From assembly GCA_973895155.1 (NCBI GenBank), contig OZ316894.1, positions 3,090,131 through 3,154,130 of the forward strand: a stretch of 64,000 nucleotides of DNA, in the 5' to 3' direction. How positions within the stretch are numbered: the first letter of the stretch is position 1; each line of letters begins with the position of its first letter. Made by a program: the position numbers and the translations under genes. The notes beneath the pieces are model-generated. The model saw only the letters and a list, made by a program, of their open reading frames with translations, ran no database searches and had not been told where the DNA came from. This document shows positions 1-13,200 of this stretch, in pieces. This DNA comes from Marsupella aquatica (Eukaryota > Plantae > Marchantiophyta).

Positions 1-299
1 GCCCAATCATGTGATCACATGGCAATTTAAACACAATTAAATTGTCAGTACCATTAATTGCTTCATTATTGTGATTTGAATAGATCTTAATTGCCCATTT
101 TAATTTATTTTCATCAATCAATAATAAATTGTTGTTATATATGTTACACTTGGTTGAATTAACAAATGATAGTGGGCTCTGTCTAAGTGCATTACTTGGT
201 TAAGTGCAGGGCATCATGTTCTTCCCTTCTATTTTACACAATGAGTTTAATCCCCGTGGGTTGCATAGAAGATGTCCTTGTGTAAACGAGTGTGTAAAA

Positions 300-560
300 G
301 ATGTTGTTAAATAAAAAAATGTAATTGCCCAAAACATCTCATTAAGTCAAAGCTGTCATTATGCAAGAGATTTTGTCTGGTAGAAGATATTGTTACATGC
401 CAGTTAAAGATGTCACTCAGTAAAAGGCATTGTTGTAGCACAAAAGATGTTGTTAAGTAAAAGATGTCAATTAAAGAAAAGATGTGGATATGTAAAAGAT
501 GATATTGCATAAGAGATACCTTTGTGTAAAAGATGCGACAAAAGTTGTCATTACACAAAA
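300..560. repeat. AAAGATGT-rich degenerate repeat array, probably a transposon relic
   Basis: Many copies of aaagatgt(t/c)(g/a)tt; the same motif array recurs at ~30150-30500. Confidence 0.45.
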
Positions 561-1776
561 TTTGACTTTACTTAAAATATGTGATATGTGGTGGTCTCTC
601 TTATATGCATGCATATATCCCTAAACATTACCACCCCGGCCCATAGTAGTTTGGCCCCCAACCTGTTGCTATTTAATTTATTCAATTACATATTCAATTT
701 TGCCAAGTATATTGGTTTTCATGGAATGTACTGATTTCAGGAGAGTACCAACTGAGAAGGATTGTCCTTCTATATGTTAATTTTGCCCTGACTTGTTTTT
801 TGTATTGTCTCTTCCAGGTTTGTTCCCTGGTTTGCTTTCTGGATTTTTGTTGGCGGAGGACACTCTAAAGTTTGTAAGACTACCACTCTTTAAGCATTTT
901 TTAAAAGTGCACCACATATCATTTCACTAAGTGACAACTTTCTAAGTGCTTACCCTGGATAAGAATCTATAAGCACTCATTGGTACACACACAATCCCAT
1001 AAAATCTAATTTCATGATATATCACCGGGTATATCACATTATAACATGTTCATCCTGGAACATGCTTCATTTTTTGTTTTGTAGTGATGTGTAAATGACT
1101 ATTGTCTAGTATTTCAGAGGATTGTGTGAGAAAAATACACCACATGCCAAATAAAAGTACATGTTACATAATGACTAGGAAAAGTACAAGTGCACAAGTC
1201 TTGAAATATAGTGCACATAAGGTATAAATTCTCACTTGCTTTCACTCAAATCAATCAAAAATTGTGCAAAAAAGGTACAAAAGATCCTCCTTGCATTTAG
1301 CAGACAAAAGTTTGAGGAGGACATAAAGCAGGAGTGGTCCATGCACACCTCAAAGCATCAATCATTAATATTTGGCATGAATTCCACAAAATCTGGTAAA
1401 GGGCGTGATGCACTATATTAAAAACTAAATGTAGTGGGAATGAGAGCCCTAGCATAGGAAGATAAAAAAACGCTTAAGAGGGGTGCCAGACTAATACAAA
1501 GTCTAAATTATACATTTGGTGCACCTTGTTAAGACACATTAAATTAAAAATGTATGACAAAACCTTTGAGTAAGATAAAACATTGGAAAAAAAGTGGATT
1601 GGCCATATAGCATGTTCATCTTGGAACATCCTTAGTTCATTTGTTTTTGTTTTTTAGTGATATGCAGGTGATCTAAGTTTTTTTTGGCAAATATAAATGA
1701 GACATATTGACTAGGAAAAGTACAAGTCTATGAATGATAATGAAACGTTGTTCACATAAAAGTACAAGAGTAAAAG

Positions 1777-1982
1777 CTGGGGAGGGGGGGTGGGTCACTT
1801 CCATGGAAGTTACATATCACGTGCGACAAAGTATAGGGTCGTTTAGTTACAAAATGCACACCTATCATCATGTGATTGGTGCCGTACAACTTTATAGAAA
1901 GTGACTTAGGGGGTCATAAATGACCCAAACCGTTGCACGTGATCTATGGCCCTCCATATAGTGAACCCCCCCCCCCCCCCCA
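1777..1982. mobile_element. Small MITE-like element with poly-G/poly-C ends, possibly Mutator-type
   Basis: Imperfect TIR: ggggtgggtcacttccatgga..atcacgtgcgac vs gttgcacgtgat..tccatatagtgaaccccc; flanked by an approximate 9-bp duplication (g/a)agtaaaag. Confidence 0.5.
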
Positions 1983-2481
1983 AAGTAAAAGTACACATGT
2001 TACAAAGAAAAGTAATAATGACCAGGAAAAGTTCAAGTCTAGATGGTATTGGGCTCTCCATGAGTAGAGATACTTATGTTCTTACCTTAGGTAATGACAT
2101 TCAAATTAATTAAAACAGTGAGGAGAGCTTAAAGACACAAGTAGTGCACATTATTCAGATCAATTCTCCTTCACTCATGAGAATAAGGTCTAGAAATCCC
2201 ATGACCTTTGTTAAAAGGTGGATGCTCTGAAATGTAGCATTTGAAGACTAAAAAATTTAGAGAGGTGCAAGTATAAATTCAGAATCTAAACTATACAAGG
2301 GATGCACCTTGTTAAGACACTGAAATAAAAATACACCACATTGAGAATAAGACAAACTAATGAAAGGTATATTCACCATATAGCATTGCCAAAAATTAGT
2401 GATAAATACATCTCATTCTTAGTAGAGTTAAAATGCACAAGACATTTGTCCATAGAATTCAGGGCAGGGATGCAAAGTACC

Positions 2482-2725
2482 AGGCTGCTCACTGACTAAT
2501 TTGCACATTACACATTTAGCAAGGCTGCTCACTGACTAATTTGCACATTACACTGACTAAGCGGCACATTACACATTCCGCAGACTGAGGGATGTAATTC
2601 ATGTACAGTTTCTGATAAGGGCACATTACACATTTAGTAGGGGATGTAAATCCTGTACACTTTTTGATAAGGGGGACATTACACATTTAGCATAGCAATG
2701 AAAATCATGTACACTTTTTGATAAG
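2482..2725. repeat. Degenerate tandem repeats built on gcacattacacatt
   Basis: aggctgctcactgactaatttgcacattacac x2, plus further cacattacacatt and tgtacac/gataag units. Confidence 0.6.
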
Positions 2726-2925
2726 TGCAGTTTTTAGAGGGTGTGTGCTTATCTAGGAATGCAAATTTCTGGTTTAGTGCATGCTGTATCAGTCTTTCCC
2801 AGTGCCTGCTGAATTGTAGCGACCCTTTTTACCCACCAACTGTGTGAGACTAACCCGTATAACTTAAAGAAAAAAACAAAGCAGCTTTATTCCAATGGTG
2901 GCTGGAAACGAGCTCGTTTCTCTGG

Positions 2926-3150
2926 CTACCATTTCACAACCCGGTTACAAGTTAGATGATCTCGATGAGAATTGGGACGATGGCAACGTCATCGCCAATG
3001 TTCATCACCGATCCAGGTCCTCGCGGGTTTCGTTTACTACCATTTCACAATCCTGTTACAAGTTGGATGATTTCGATGAGCATTGGGACGATGGCAACAT
3101 CATCGTCAATGTTCATCACTGATCCAGATCCTCGTGGGTTTCGTTCACTG
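2926..3150. repeat. 111-bp tandem duplication of the thaumatin stop-codon region
   Basis: ctaccatttcacaa starts at 2926 and 3037; the paralog at ~18460-18575 has only one copy. Confidence 0.85.
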
Positions 3151-4400
3151 GTAACGTAATTCCGCCGGGACAGAAAGTCACTTGGTAGTTTACACCGGTC
3201 CCGCAATGGAAGAGGGAAGTCGGGTCATCGAAATTGTAGCTATATGCATCAGGGCAAGCTGTCTTGAACAACCTAGTGCCGTCAGTAGGTCCTCTGCCAT
3301 TCGTACCATCAGTGTTGATGCATGTCAAAGCTCCAGACGGCAGACTGATTAACTGATTGTTGCCTTGACAGAAGGATCTGCAGAATATTGATTCACATCG
3401 GCACACAAACTCGTCAATATCGAAACTGCGGTCAGAAGAAAGTGGTAGATTTTTATTTTTGGGTTCAGCATGGAGAATCACGGACATCCTCCAGACCTAC
3501 AGTGGTTACTGATTAAGAATCCCTTAAAAAGCATGGCACAATATATACGTCAGAAATTCGGAGTCTAAGGTGGTTGAAGTTATAACCTGATATCGCTGAT
3601 TGCGCATGTAATACTGCCACATCTAGGAGTACCAAGTTTTTGCTGTTCTGCAACAGAACTGGTAACCACAATGCTCAATCCGATGGTGTATGCATTCTGA
3701 ATACCACAAACCACATAATTAGATGACACTTTTCAGTTGCTTTGGATACATGGAACTTCTCATATATCGGCAAGGACATATATTTGAGTACATAGCTTTT
3801 GGAGGGTGAACACCGCCTGACAAAGAACTGCAGAATATTACTTTTCTCGAGTTGCCAGCTAAATCGTATTAGTTTAAAACATAAAGACATTGTATGGTGT
3901 ACGTCCAAAGGATGGATTGGGTGGAAGACCTGATACTGTTTCTCTGAAGAATCCAAGTTCCAATCAAGTGCTTCATGTACTCACAACATTGCTCAGGTCA
4001 TAGCTATCGTCGCTACTAGACCCAATCGTAAATTCCGCCAAGTCGGCGAGATTCCTATCTTTGGCAGCGTTGGGACTACCAGATACAGCACATTGGCCGC
4101 CGACGGAAGCCCAGATGGCTGCAGCTGGCCACTTGCAGGCGCTTCCGAAGTCGAGAAACTGCTGTGCACCTGGTCCCAATTGGTATTGACTGATCGGATC
4201 GTTTGCGCTTTGAGCACAAGTCGTGACCCCGTAGGGGCAACTGTTTACGATGTTAATTCCGCAACCTGTTCATCAAGCAACTTTCATCAGGATCTGCATT
4301 CGGATTGCACCAATCGTTCTACACCCAGAAATAGGCAAATAACAACTATGAGAGGTAGGACGGGCGAGGCCTGGGTGTCACATCCGGCCCAAGGGTGCAT
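3116..4400 (-). CDS. Thaumatin-like protein (PR-5), copy 1; exons 4265-3985, 3696-3587, 3377-3116; 5' signal-peptide exon uncertain
   Basis: GT-AG spliced translation gives INIVNSCPYGV..AIWAS..LAEFTI..DSYDLSNV/NAYTIGL..FKTACPDAYSYNFDDPTSLFHC..YQVTFCP, the thaumatin hallmarks. Hydrophobic VLPLIVVICLFL lies at ~4326-4362. Confidence 0.88.
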
Positions 4401-5179
4401 GTAACACATGAATTACGGGTGACGTCGAATGAGTGGACTCGAAGGCCCGAAATGAGGGATCTCCACTGTGGTGAACAGCAGCTTCGGCAGTGTATGTCGA
4501 CTAGAATGTGTTGATCTGCTAGACCCATGCATTCTGATCTATTCTCTCGACTCACTCCTTACATGCATGGACAAGTACTTCCCTGTGACAAAGTGGAGAC
4601 TTCTAGACATGCTAGCTTCTAGACATGCTAGCTGGCCTTAATTTGTCATGTTCATATATACCATGCACCCACACATGTAGATGTCACTGCAAATCATGTT
4701 ATCTAGCCAGGGAACGAACTGTAGTACTGGGCCGGCAACACTAGTACTGTCCATGCTACTATATATACCATCCAATGAAGCATGTTGAAAGTTGCGATTT
4801 GTCAAAATGAATATGGATAAAATCAGACTAACTGCGTACGTACTAGACCATGATCTCGTAAGGATTGCAGAATGAGATCCACATGCACTGACCTTGAACG
4901 ACATTGATGGGTACTGAAGCAAACGTGAGCACAGCCAAAAGGCTCATCAGGAGAGCACCAGCCATGTTTTCAAGATTGTGTGGTCACTTGAGATACTTGA
5001 CTGCTCAATATGAGACTGAACTCCATCAAGGATTGTCTTATATAGCGTTTGGAAAGGTAGTTCTCCAGAGACTTAAACCGATGTTCCGCGAAGACTGCTG
5101 AGTTGCATGTTCACCGAAAGTTGTCCTTATCCACAAACATTAATTTTAGTTCTTTAGCTTTTCTTCGTATCCAACCTGC

Positions 5180-5965
5180 AGGCCTTGATCTAAGGTGTTG
5201 CAGAAGGGTCCTTTTTCGTGGTCGCGAAATAAGTATTATTGGAGAGAAATAGCATTCGAAAGAGAAGCTTAAGCGATAAGCCAATCGGGAAGCCAATACA
5301 TCGATTGCTACATTGAAGAAGCGGCCCGAATATGCTTAAAGGCTCCTGACCACGTTCCACCTCAGGGCCCTGAAGTATCGGCGGGAGTATCGACCGATGA
5401 CCTCCGGAAGCGAAGGTCAACAATGAGGTAAAGGATAGTTGCGTAACACTAAGAGCATGCAGAAATGTATTAACCTTCTGTTCGAGGGTTCCATCGTAAT
5501 GCGACACTAGCTTTGGGACTACAAGTGGGAGCTGTCCGGTTGTCTAGATCCTAGCATTAATTTCTAATTAAACAGGTCTGGGATATATGTCACTGCTGGA
5601 TTGTGTAGAAGTAGAAGTGGACTTCAAGTTGACTCAAGCTAGATTTCCTGATAATCTTTTATGAATCTGGGTGCACCCTGAGTCTTTGAAGACTTGCGTG
5701 TATCGTGACCGAATCTTTTGATCATGATCCTCGGGGAATTGACCTAATTATCTACAGTAGAACACTTATACTGTAACTACGTTGATCGAGGTTCAGGGGC
5801 CCGAGCGGAGTGGTTTATTTTGGCCACGACGGTCGGTGGGTTGGGCTTCATGAGGTGGCCCTTGAAAATCTTTTCACTCCCGAACAGCCAATCAAGGCTC
5901 CCAAGGGGAGAATCGCACAAGAGATATACGGATTGGAGGTCAGATTGGAGCTGCCCGCATAGCAT
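5180..5965 (-). pseudogene. Highly decayed receptor-like protein kinase relic (paralog ~20480-21250)
   Basis: Collinear remnants resembling kinase subdomains: KIFKGHL..TVVAKI (I/II), LVSHYDGTLEQ (V), NVAIDVLASRLAYRL..EC..PIILISR (VIa/b); many frameshifts. Confidence 0.38.
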
Positions 5966-7194
5966 CATTTTGAGGAAGCGTGGGAGATTGCAAGATAGCG
6001 TGGGGGCAGTAAGTAGCGTATGTATACAGAGTGATCAGAGTGAGACCCGGAAGTGGGTGAATGTCGGAAGTCAAACGAGCAACTAGCGCATAATTATCCT
6101 GTTGGCTACTCTGCATGGAATGACAGTACCGTAAGTGCCACTCTCCAGAGAGTGGATAAAGACTCTATTGAAATTCTCTAGATGAATTACTAATCGGGCT
6201 TCCTTACTGAAAAGCAAAATCGAATTCTGGGTAACATCTGGCACAGGGTGCGCTCATACAGGAGGGCATGCAAGATCACATAATGTCGACACTGCTGTTG
6301 CCAATTAAGAAATCCGAGTGACCATGCAAGGCTTCACTGGAGCTTGTTACTTCACCTCGAGGAGAAAGGTGGCATATATATATAGCTAAGTAAATACTCT
6401 TTCTTTATCGCGTTGAACCTTCTTCCTTCCATTCAAAAATACACAAAGGCGGTGCATATATCGGAGCTGTTGTGAAGAAATTTTTGTGCAATATAATTGA
6501 GTGGTCTAATAGAAATGAAGGAACGGTTCTTGTCAGGCACTGAACCATTGTTCACGCCGAGCTTTCTCTTTCTGTAGTTTGATTGGACTGGAAATCCTAC
6601 GCTATGCTCACAGGGATTGAACCACAGGCAAAGTAAATGTCGGGAATCCAATGTTGCAATGATGTTCTGGCAACCGTACTACTCCCATGCAAATTTTAAA
6701 GAGGTAAATTACATATATCGAATACTCCAATCATGAATATAATGTGAAAGCTTCCCAGCAAAGGACTCGAGTGCAGCTACACCCCTTCCCATCCATTGGA
6801 TCTTTCCAAAGCAAAATGTAGGCAACAACCCTCCAATTGACTTAGTCTCCCTGGGTACTCATTTCTTTTCTTCCTACCCATCACACGCGAATGAATATAG
6901 GGGTTTTTTTATTGGATTTAGTGAAATATTTTTAAATTTTGTTAAAGAACATTAGGGCTATTTTAATCCAATTTTAAGAATTATAAGAATCATAATATTT
7001 TTTTTAGTCAAATATGGGAATATTCTTAGAATATTTTATTAAGTTAGTGGTAAAAAATTCATAAAAAAAATTTTATTCACTTAACTTTTAGGGTGTTTAT
7101 TCTCCCAAAACTTTGAGCGTGATATGAGACACCCCTTGGATTGAGACCCCTGAGCATAATCTCCAATTGACTTAGTAGGGGACTTAATAGTCTG

Positions 7195-8045
7195 ACCCAT
7201 TTTCTGGGGAACCCTATGTGGGACCGCCTGTCCAAGCTAAGTCCTGGATAGATGCGGTTGCCTACTCCGTCCAAAGTTTGTTCAAATTAAACATAAACCA
7301 AGACTCGAACTACCATTTTGTCACCCGCTTGATCCAGTCAGATCGATCAACTTTGTGCCATCGTCTTTGGGTTTATGTTCTTGCACCCCTCACTTGTGGT
7401 CACTTGCTGGGGCCCGATCGGCTTTGTGCCATCATCTTGTTCCTTGTTGAGTTGCGATTTATGTTCTGACAACAATTCTTTCCAATGGAGTCCTCGGGGG
7501 TTTCACGTGAAATATAGGGGTCTGAGGCTCAAAAACATCGCAGGTCATGGGGAGGCATCCATATAGTGAGACCCCCGAGATGGAGTCATGCTTATTTTGT
7601 AACAAAGTCTATTAAGTGTTCGATCAGGAGGAGCCTAGTACTTTGGTTATCAAGAGTAATGATTAATAAACTCTTTGTGGATGTTTTGCCAAATACTTTT
7701 TCTCTATGGAGTAGTGGTTTATGTATGTTGAGGCAACATTTCTTTGCAATGCAACTAGTCATGCATGTTTTGGAATAGAGCTAGTCGCCTAGTACTTTGG
7801 ATAAGAATCATGATTAATAATAGAGTCTTGGTATATGTTCTGGCAAACTTGGGCTGGAGTAGTGGGTGACAACAAGTGAAGGGTGCCAAACATAAACCCA
7901 AAGAGAATAACACAAAGTTGGTCCGGCCAAAGTGGGTGAAAAAATGGTAAAGTCTTGGTTTATGTTCTGATTGACAAACTCCGGCCGGAACGTGCAGTAG
8001 CGTCGGGGACTGGGACAAGTAGTGTACGGTTTCCCAGAATAATGA
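7195..8045. mobile_element. Foldback/MITE-like insertion with long diverged inverted arms
   Basis: ~7280-7415 (acataaaccaagact..tttgggtttatgtt..cacttgt) is an inverted copy of ~7850-7980; not seen in duplication copy B. Confidence 0.55.
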
Positions 8046-8183
8046 GAGAGCATTACCTTGACGTATATTTAACGAGCGGTCTTAGTCTGGGCTTAGTCTG
8101 TGAGACAATGTATTTACTAATATGACTGTAAGTACTATCGGAAACCAGCTGTTTCCGGTGGGGTTTCCGGGAAGGTAACTACG

Positions 8184-8282
8184 TACATGCTGTCTAGACC
8201 CAAATGCACGCTGGAGTTTAGGGTTTAACACGGCCCCTCCAGTGGACCGCTCCAGCATGTATTTGGGTCTAGACAGCATGTA
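8184..8282. repeat. Near-perfect inverted repeat (33-bp arms, 2 mismatches)
   Basis: tacatgctgtctagacccaaatgcacgctggag ... ctccagcatgtatttgggtctagacagcatgta. Confidence 0.75.
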
Positions 8283-8462
8283 TTTGGGTCTAGACCCAAA
8301 TGCAACACTATAGGGGCCGTGTTGGGGGCCCACATCTGCTTTTCATGGAAAACATGACCATCACTAACTCGAGCTGTCCTCGGAGCTGTCAGTGCACCAA
8401 CATCTGCACAAAAAGTTGCTCTGCACAGACCGTCGGCCCACTCGATCAAGAATTGTTTCAAT

Positions 8463-8804
8463 TGTTAGGTATTACTCAAGGTCTAGGGTTACGACATGTA
8501 ACCGTAGTTAGGCTAACCATAGTCGGAGACGTGGTTAGGTTAACTCGGATGCACACTATATGCCAAGCGGTGTTTGCTTGGATAAGTGGAACTTAGGCTC
8601 ATTGTTATGGAGCCACTTGAGAGATGAGGAGAACTTACACTGTGGAGACTTGGTATGGCCGATGGACTTAGAGTTCAGTAAAGCTCTCTTGTGTGTTCCC
8701 GTGGACGTAGCCTCGAGGAGGTGAACCACGTATCTCTTGTGTCGACTACTTGCGCAGTGGATGTGTCATGTGCTTACCGTTACGAGTGTCATCTATGGTC
8801 AACA
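8463..8804 (+). mobile_element. Solo LTR, relative of the young copia at 46136-51696
   Basis: TG..CA ends (tgttagg..tcaaca); perfect 5-bp TSD TCAAT (8458-8462, 8805-8809); strong similarity to the reverse complement of the 46136 LTR. Confidence 0.92.
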
Positions 8805-10499
8805 TCAATGGCCCAATTTAAAAGTCCATATGTTTCAATGGCCCAATTCAAGGGCACATGTTGAGACCTATCTCCACCTGAAAACCCTCTGCATTAAGTT
8901 GACACCAAAAACTGGGGCGTCAATCCGGGTTTCAGTCAGGATCACAGAGGGAAATGTTCCCGCTGACTAAAGAAACCAAGTCTCATTCACAAGTGACTGA
9001 CTGTGGGATGAGTCATTAAATATGTTAATGACCTGCTCATTTAAGCATAACCCAATATGCCTGGTTAGGGGCCTAGTATGGCCTAGGGCATAGGGCCTAT
9101 GCATGGTTTGACTACATATTAAGGGTATGGAGCCTTACGTTAATAATGCTACCCATCCAACATAAGGCAGGATAAGTAACTCATGAACCCTCCACCACTA
9201 AACACAACACACTAGCAGGATAAGTAACTCATGAACCCTCCACCACTAAACACAACACACCTTGATGACAACTAAGCAATTTATGACCCAAACGAGGACA
9301 CCCGGCTGCACCAGGTTGGCCTTCATCAGAGATTGTCTGATAGCCCCTGGACTTGCTCAGTGCGCCTTTTGTCTTCCTCTGGATTGCTTGACTCAGGATC
9401 CCGCTAATTAGTACTAAGCTTTTCAGTGTTCTGCCCAATAGGGTGCAACCTTTTGCCTCTTTGGTCTTCTTAAATGGGATAGTTCTTCTTTTTACCTGGC
9501 CCTTTTGGGTCTTAATATATATGGCTTTGAATTCTCCCTCCTTAGTTTACTCTGCTACTTGGTGTGGTTTTAATTATTTATTTTTGTGCTGTTGTGGGGG
9601 TTGTTGAGGACTCACTGGCCTTTTTGCCTCTTTGGTCTTCTTGGGGTAGTCCCCCCCTCCCTTTATTGCCCAGGTCTATTGGCTTTGGGATAAAGTTGGT
9701 CCAACTTTAAGCATGCAGCCTTCCCCAAATGGTGTTCAAAAACTTGTACGACTATTGTACCCAGATAAACCACCAAAACAATCTTTAAGCTACAGCTGTA
9801 ACTAAAGTTGAATGTGAGGATCCCAAAACAAAAGTAAACTAGCTTGCCTTGTACTGTATCCCGTTAAAAACGATTCTAATCTTAAAATTAACAATATTTA
9901 ATCATCACTTTTGAAGTTGGGATGAATTTTTTATGAAACACATCATGGCAGAAATAACCTAGTTTTGGGTGACTATTTGGGTGACTATTGTGCCCTCCTC
10001 ACTGCTCATGGTCTTCCAAAGTTTTGGCCCCACTTTTATTCCCACATGTCATTTTCTGATACATTAACTGTTCACAATAGCTTCATTGTGGGACTTTCAT
10101 GTTTTCTCATAATGACTTTAGTTAATGACATGTAAGTCACTCAAAACCATCAACCGAGGAACAACAGTCCCACTACGACTTAAAAGGGGATGGGTTGGCT
10201 CTTGATGTAAGTTTCTCACATTCATTGGCTTCCTTATACTCTTGGGAAGGGATGGGTTAGGATTTAGGTCTCCTTAGTGTATGATATGTATGATACCTAC
10301 CTCTTCAAGCTCACATACTCAAAAGTCTATCTCAACCTCAAACTTACTAGCCCTAAGCACTAGTAAGCCAAATCCAAGCCCTACTTCTCATAATTGGTAA
10401 CCAAAGAACTCCCTTAGTTTTCTATAGCATAGAAATCACTGATCAAACCCCAACTGAGCTGAAGCCCAACCCTCTCATTATAGTCTTCAGGTAGCACCA

Positions 10500-13200
10500 C
10501 TCTTGTATGCTGAGTCATCAACTCGCGAGCGATGTTCATCCAACACTCGATCAAGCCTCGAGTTGACTGATGACAATAATCACCAATCCATCGAACATAG
10601 CAACCTGCCAACTCACACGCGACTCCTCATCGGCCAGCAACAGTATTTAGGCTGTTCCTTTGCCATTATCCATTGTTGGGCCGAAACATTCGGCACGACA
10701 ACGGTCTAGCGTAATCAAGAAAATATCATGGGATAATATATGTCCCAAGTATATATTTAGTTGCAAGGAAACATCACATCCAGATACCGACACCAAGTCA
10801 AGGATTCATGACAATTCCAGAACCTGTTGTGTGACTGTACCTTAGCGGGCGGTGATGTTGAAATCAGTTCTCTCCGCTAGCATTGCTCTGAAACCTCCGA
10901 CAGCTGGTTCATGCTTCGATCTTCCCTGTCGTCCTCTGATTTCCTCGATGGCAGGACTTTGCATTCAATGCAGAGAAGAATGAGCATATACAACTGACCA
11001 GGCAGAAAGAGTAATGTTAAGTGCGATTCGCTCTTGAACAGTGTAGATACTAAGACCTTGTTAGCATCGTATCAGTGAAGTGCACTCCGGAAACTTTGGA
11101 ATATATACAACCAGAATTTGCTTAGAATATCGAGTCAGGTCTCAATCAACCCAAGAAATACAGAACTGGCTGAGCTCCTTAAAGAGAAATCTTCTGGAGA
11201 TCCGTATGGCTATTGTCCAGTACGTACTTGACCAACAGTCCACAGGATACTTTGCAAGACATGGGATGCATAGTTAACCTTAATTTACTGTCCCTATCCT
11301 CCGAATCGAACCAAACACTACGCGAATCGCAAAAAAAATGCCAGCATTGTTTTCAGATTGACTCAGGCAAGCACTAAAGTAATCTAGTATGAAGTGTCGA
11401 TATTCCATATGACGTACGGAGTCTTCTGGAGACCATAGGCTCGAGATACAATATTAGCAGGAGAGGTCCATCCAGAAACTGCACTCATAGGAAAGGTCAT
11501 GGAATGTGCCAGTGGTACGCGACTGGTGAGCTGCTGGCAGGAGGGTCGGTAAAGCAAGGAACTATAGCCGTAGACAATCATGCCTCGGAGTACCGCAAAA
11601 GTGAAACAGGGTTCATCACCTTGGTATCCGAAAAATGTCTTATCAACCACAGTCATGCATGAACATCAAGCAATCCTCACAACCACGGCTTCACTGTTGA
11701 TTCCAGTGTCAGCTAACCCAGTCATCAGCCTTCTGCTCAGTAAAGACTCCAACCTAGACTTGAAGGAAAGCCATGAAAATGGCGTCTTCAAATCCGGGTC
11801 CAACTTTATCAGTTGCTCAAAGCTATCGGGCTTGATATCTCGTTAAGGGAGCTTAACTCTGTCCCAAAACGAAAGAAACCTTCCTACGAGATCCATCCAT
11901 CTGCCAATCTGCCCATACCAGATCTCTCATGCCCTGATTGTCAAGTTCAAGCACCCACGCATACCTTTCATTCAAAAGTGCATCCTGGTCCTTGCGATCC
12001 ATCGCCTCAAATCGAGAAATTGTCCCCAGTCCTTGAAAAACGCTCGTACGTTGTGTGGAAAGAGATCCTCCAACGCGTTACAACGTGGGTGCTTGAACTC
12101 GTCTAAAGAGACCAGATGATTTCCAACTGGTTAGTCTAAATGCAAATCTATCGCACCAGCAAATCTAGTCTGTAGAGGGCAGTCCAGAGATTTTGAAGGG
12201 GAACGTGCAACCGATCCCCCTAAAGACCAGGGATCTAAATCAGACTAAAGTACCTTGTCTAGGGGAATGCAACCCTACCATATTTTGGCAGTTAAGTTAG
12301 GAGAGCAACTGTGCTTATACCAGGGAAGCCATCTCTAGTTTTGTTGACAGACCAATAGACCCCGCAATAGACGGATAAGATGAGTCATGGCTGCACCTAA
12401 ATCACTGTTCCTTCTTCCACAAATCAATCAAGGGAAGCTCATCACGTTCATATTTCATGAGGTAGCTAAAGGAATTAAATAGACACTGTAGACTGTACGT
12501 GTATTTAGGGGGCAGCGTTGGTGCCAAGCGTTCTGGAGAAATTCTCCGCTAGTAAAGAACCTAATAGTGAGCAATGCATTAGCCAAGTTGCGTCTAGGTC
12601 ATAACCAAGACATGAAGTCAAGGAGTGACGCCAAGCGGGACGCCAAGCTAGATCGACGATGTTCACCTTGATATTCTCCAAAACCTACGATGGGGGAACA
12701 GATCGCACATAAACGACAAGACAAGAGCCCCGACAAGTGCAAGAACTTTGTTGCCTCGTCCAGGAGTTGCTTGAAACTCTCAACGACTGCTTTCAGTGCA
12801 GCACGCTTTTCCTTCCGCTCCTCGTCTGCTCGGGTTCAGACGTAGTGCTCAAACATGGGCTCGTCGTTCGGTGTGGCTTGCAATAGCCTATGACACATCA
12901 AACCAATCCAGTTCTGGTTGCAAGACCCTTGTGACCTGCTGCATCTCGTCCTCCAGTTGTTGCTGCAGGTAGATTCAAACTAAATGAAAGTGTGCTCTTC
13001 TCAGCCAGCGTGCCAGGTCGGCCACATCATCGGTAGCTTTCGCTACGTACTGATTCTTCAACTTGTCCTAGAATTGACTTCCAGGGGAACTTGCCAGCAA
13101 GTAGCTTGTCACGAGGAAATCACAGCACCACGAGAAGACAGTCCAACACGTACTGGTTAATATGAGAACACTGATTAGTGCCAGTGGCAATCAGATAACG
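10500..13200 (-). mobile_element. Very decayed LINE-like remnant (endonuclease region of ORF2)
   Basis: Weak motif remnants only: a WNVxG-like stretch at ~12080, FTF at ~11600, FFSALNAK at ~10970; no intact ORF. Confidence 0.3.

Larger units (their letters stand above)
2820..10200. repeat. Segmental duplication, copy A (paralog of ~18340-24300)
   Basis: Collinear matching blocks, e.g. 2820/18345, 4900/20300, 5815/21100, 6225/21515, 8350/22621, 8850/22757, 9960/24030. Confidence 0.85.

Noticed and set aside
2895-3159. Plus-strand ORFs with repeated peptide
   Set aside because: Antisense by-products of the 111-bp duplication at the TLP 3' end
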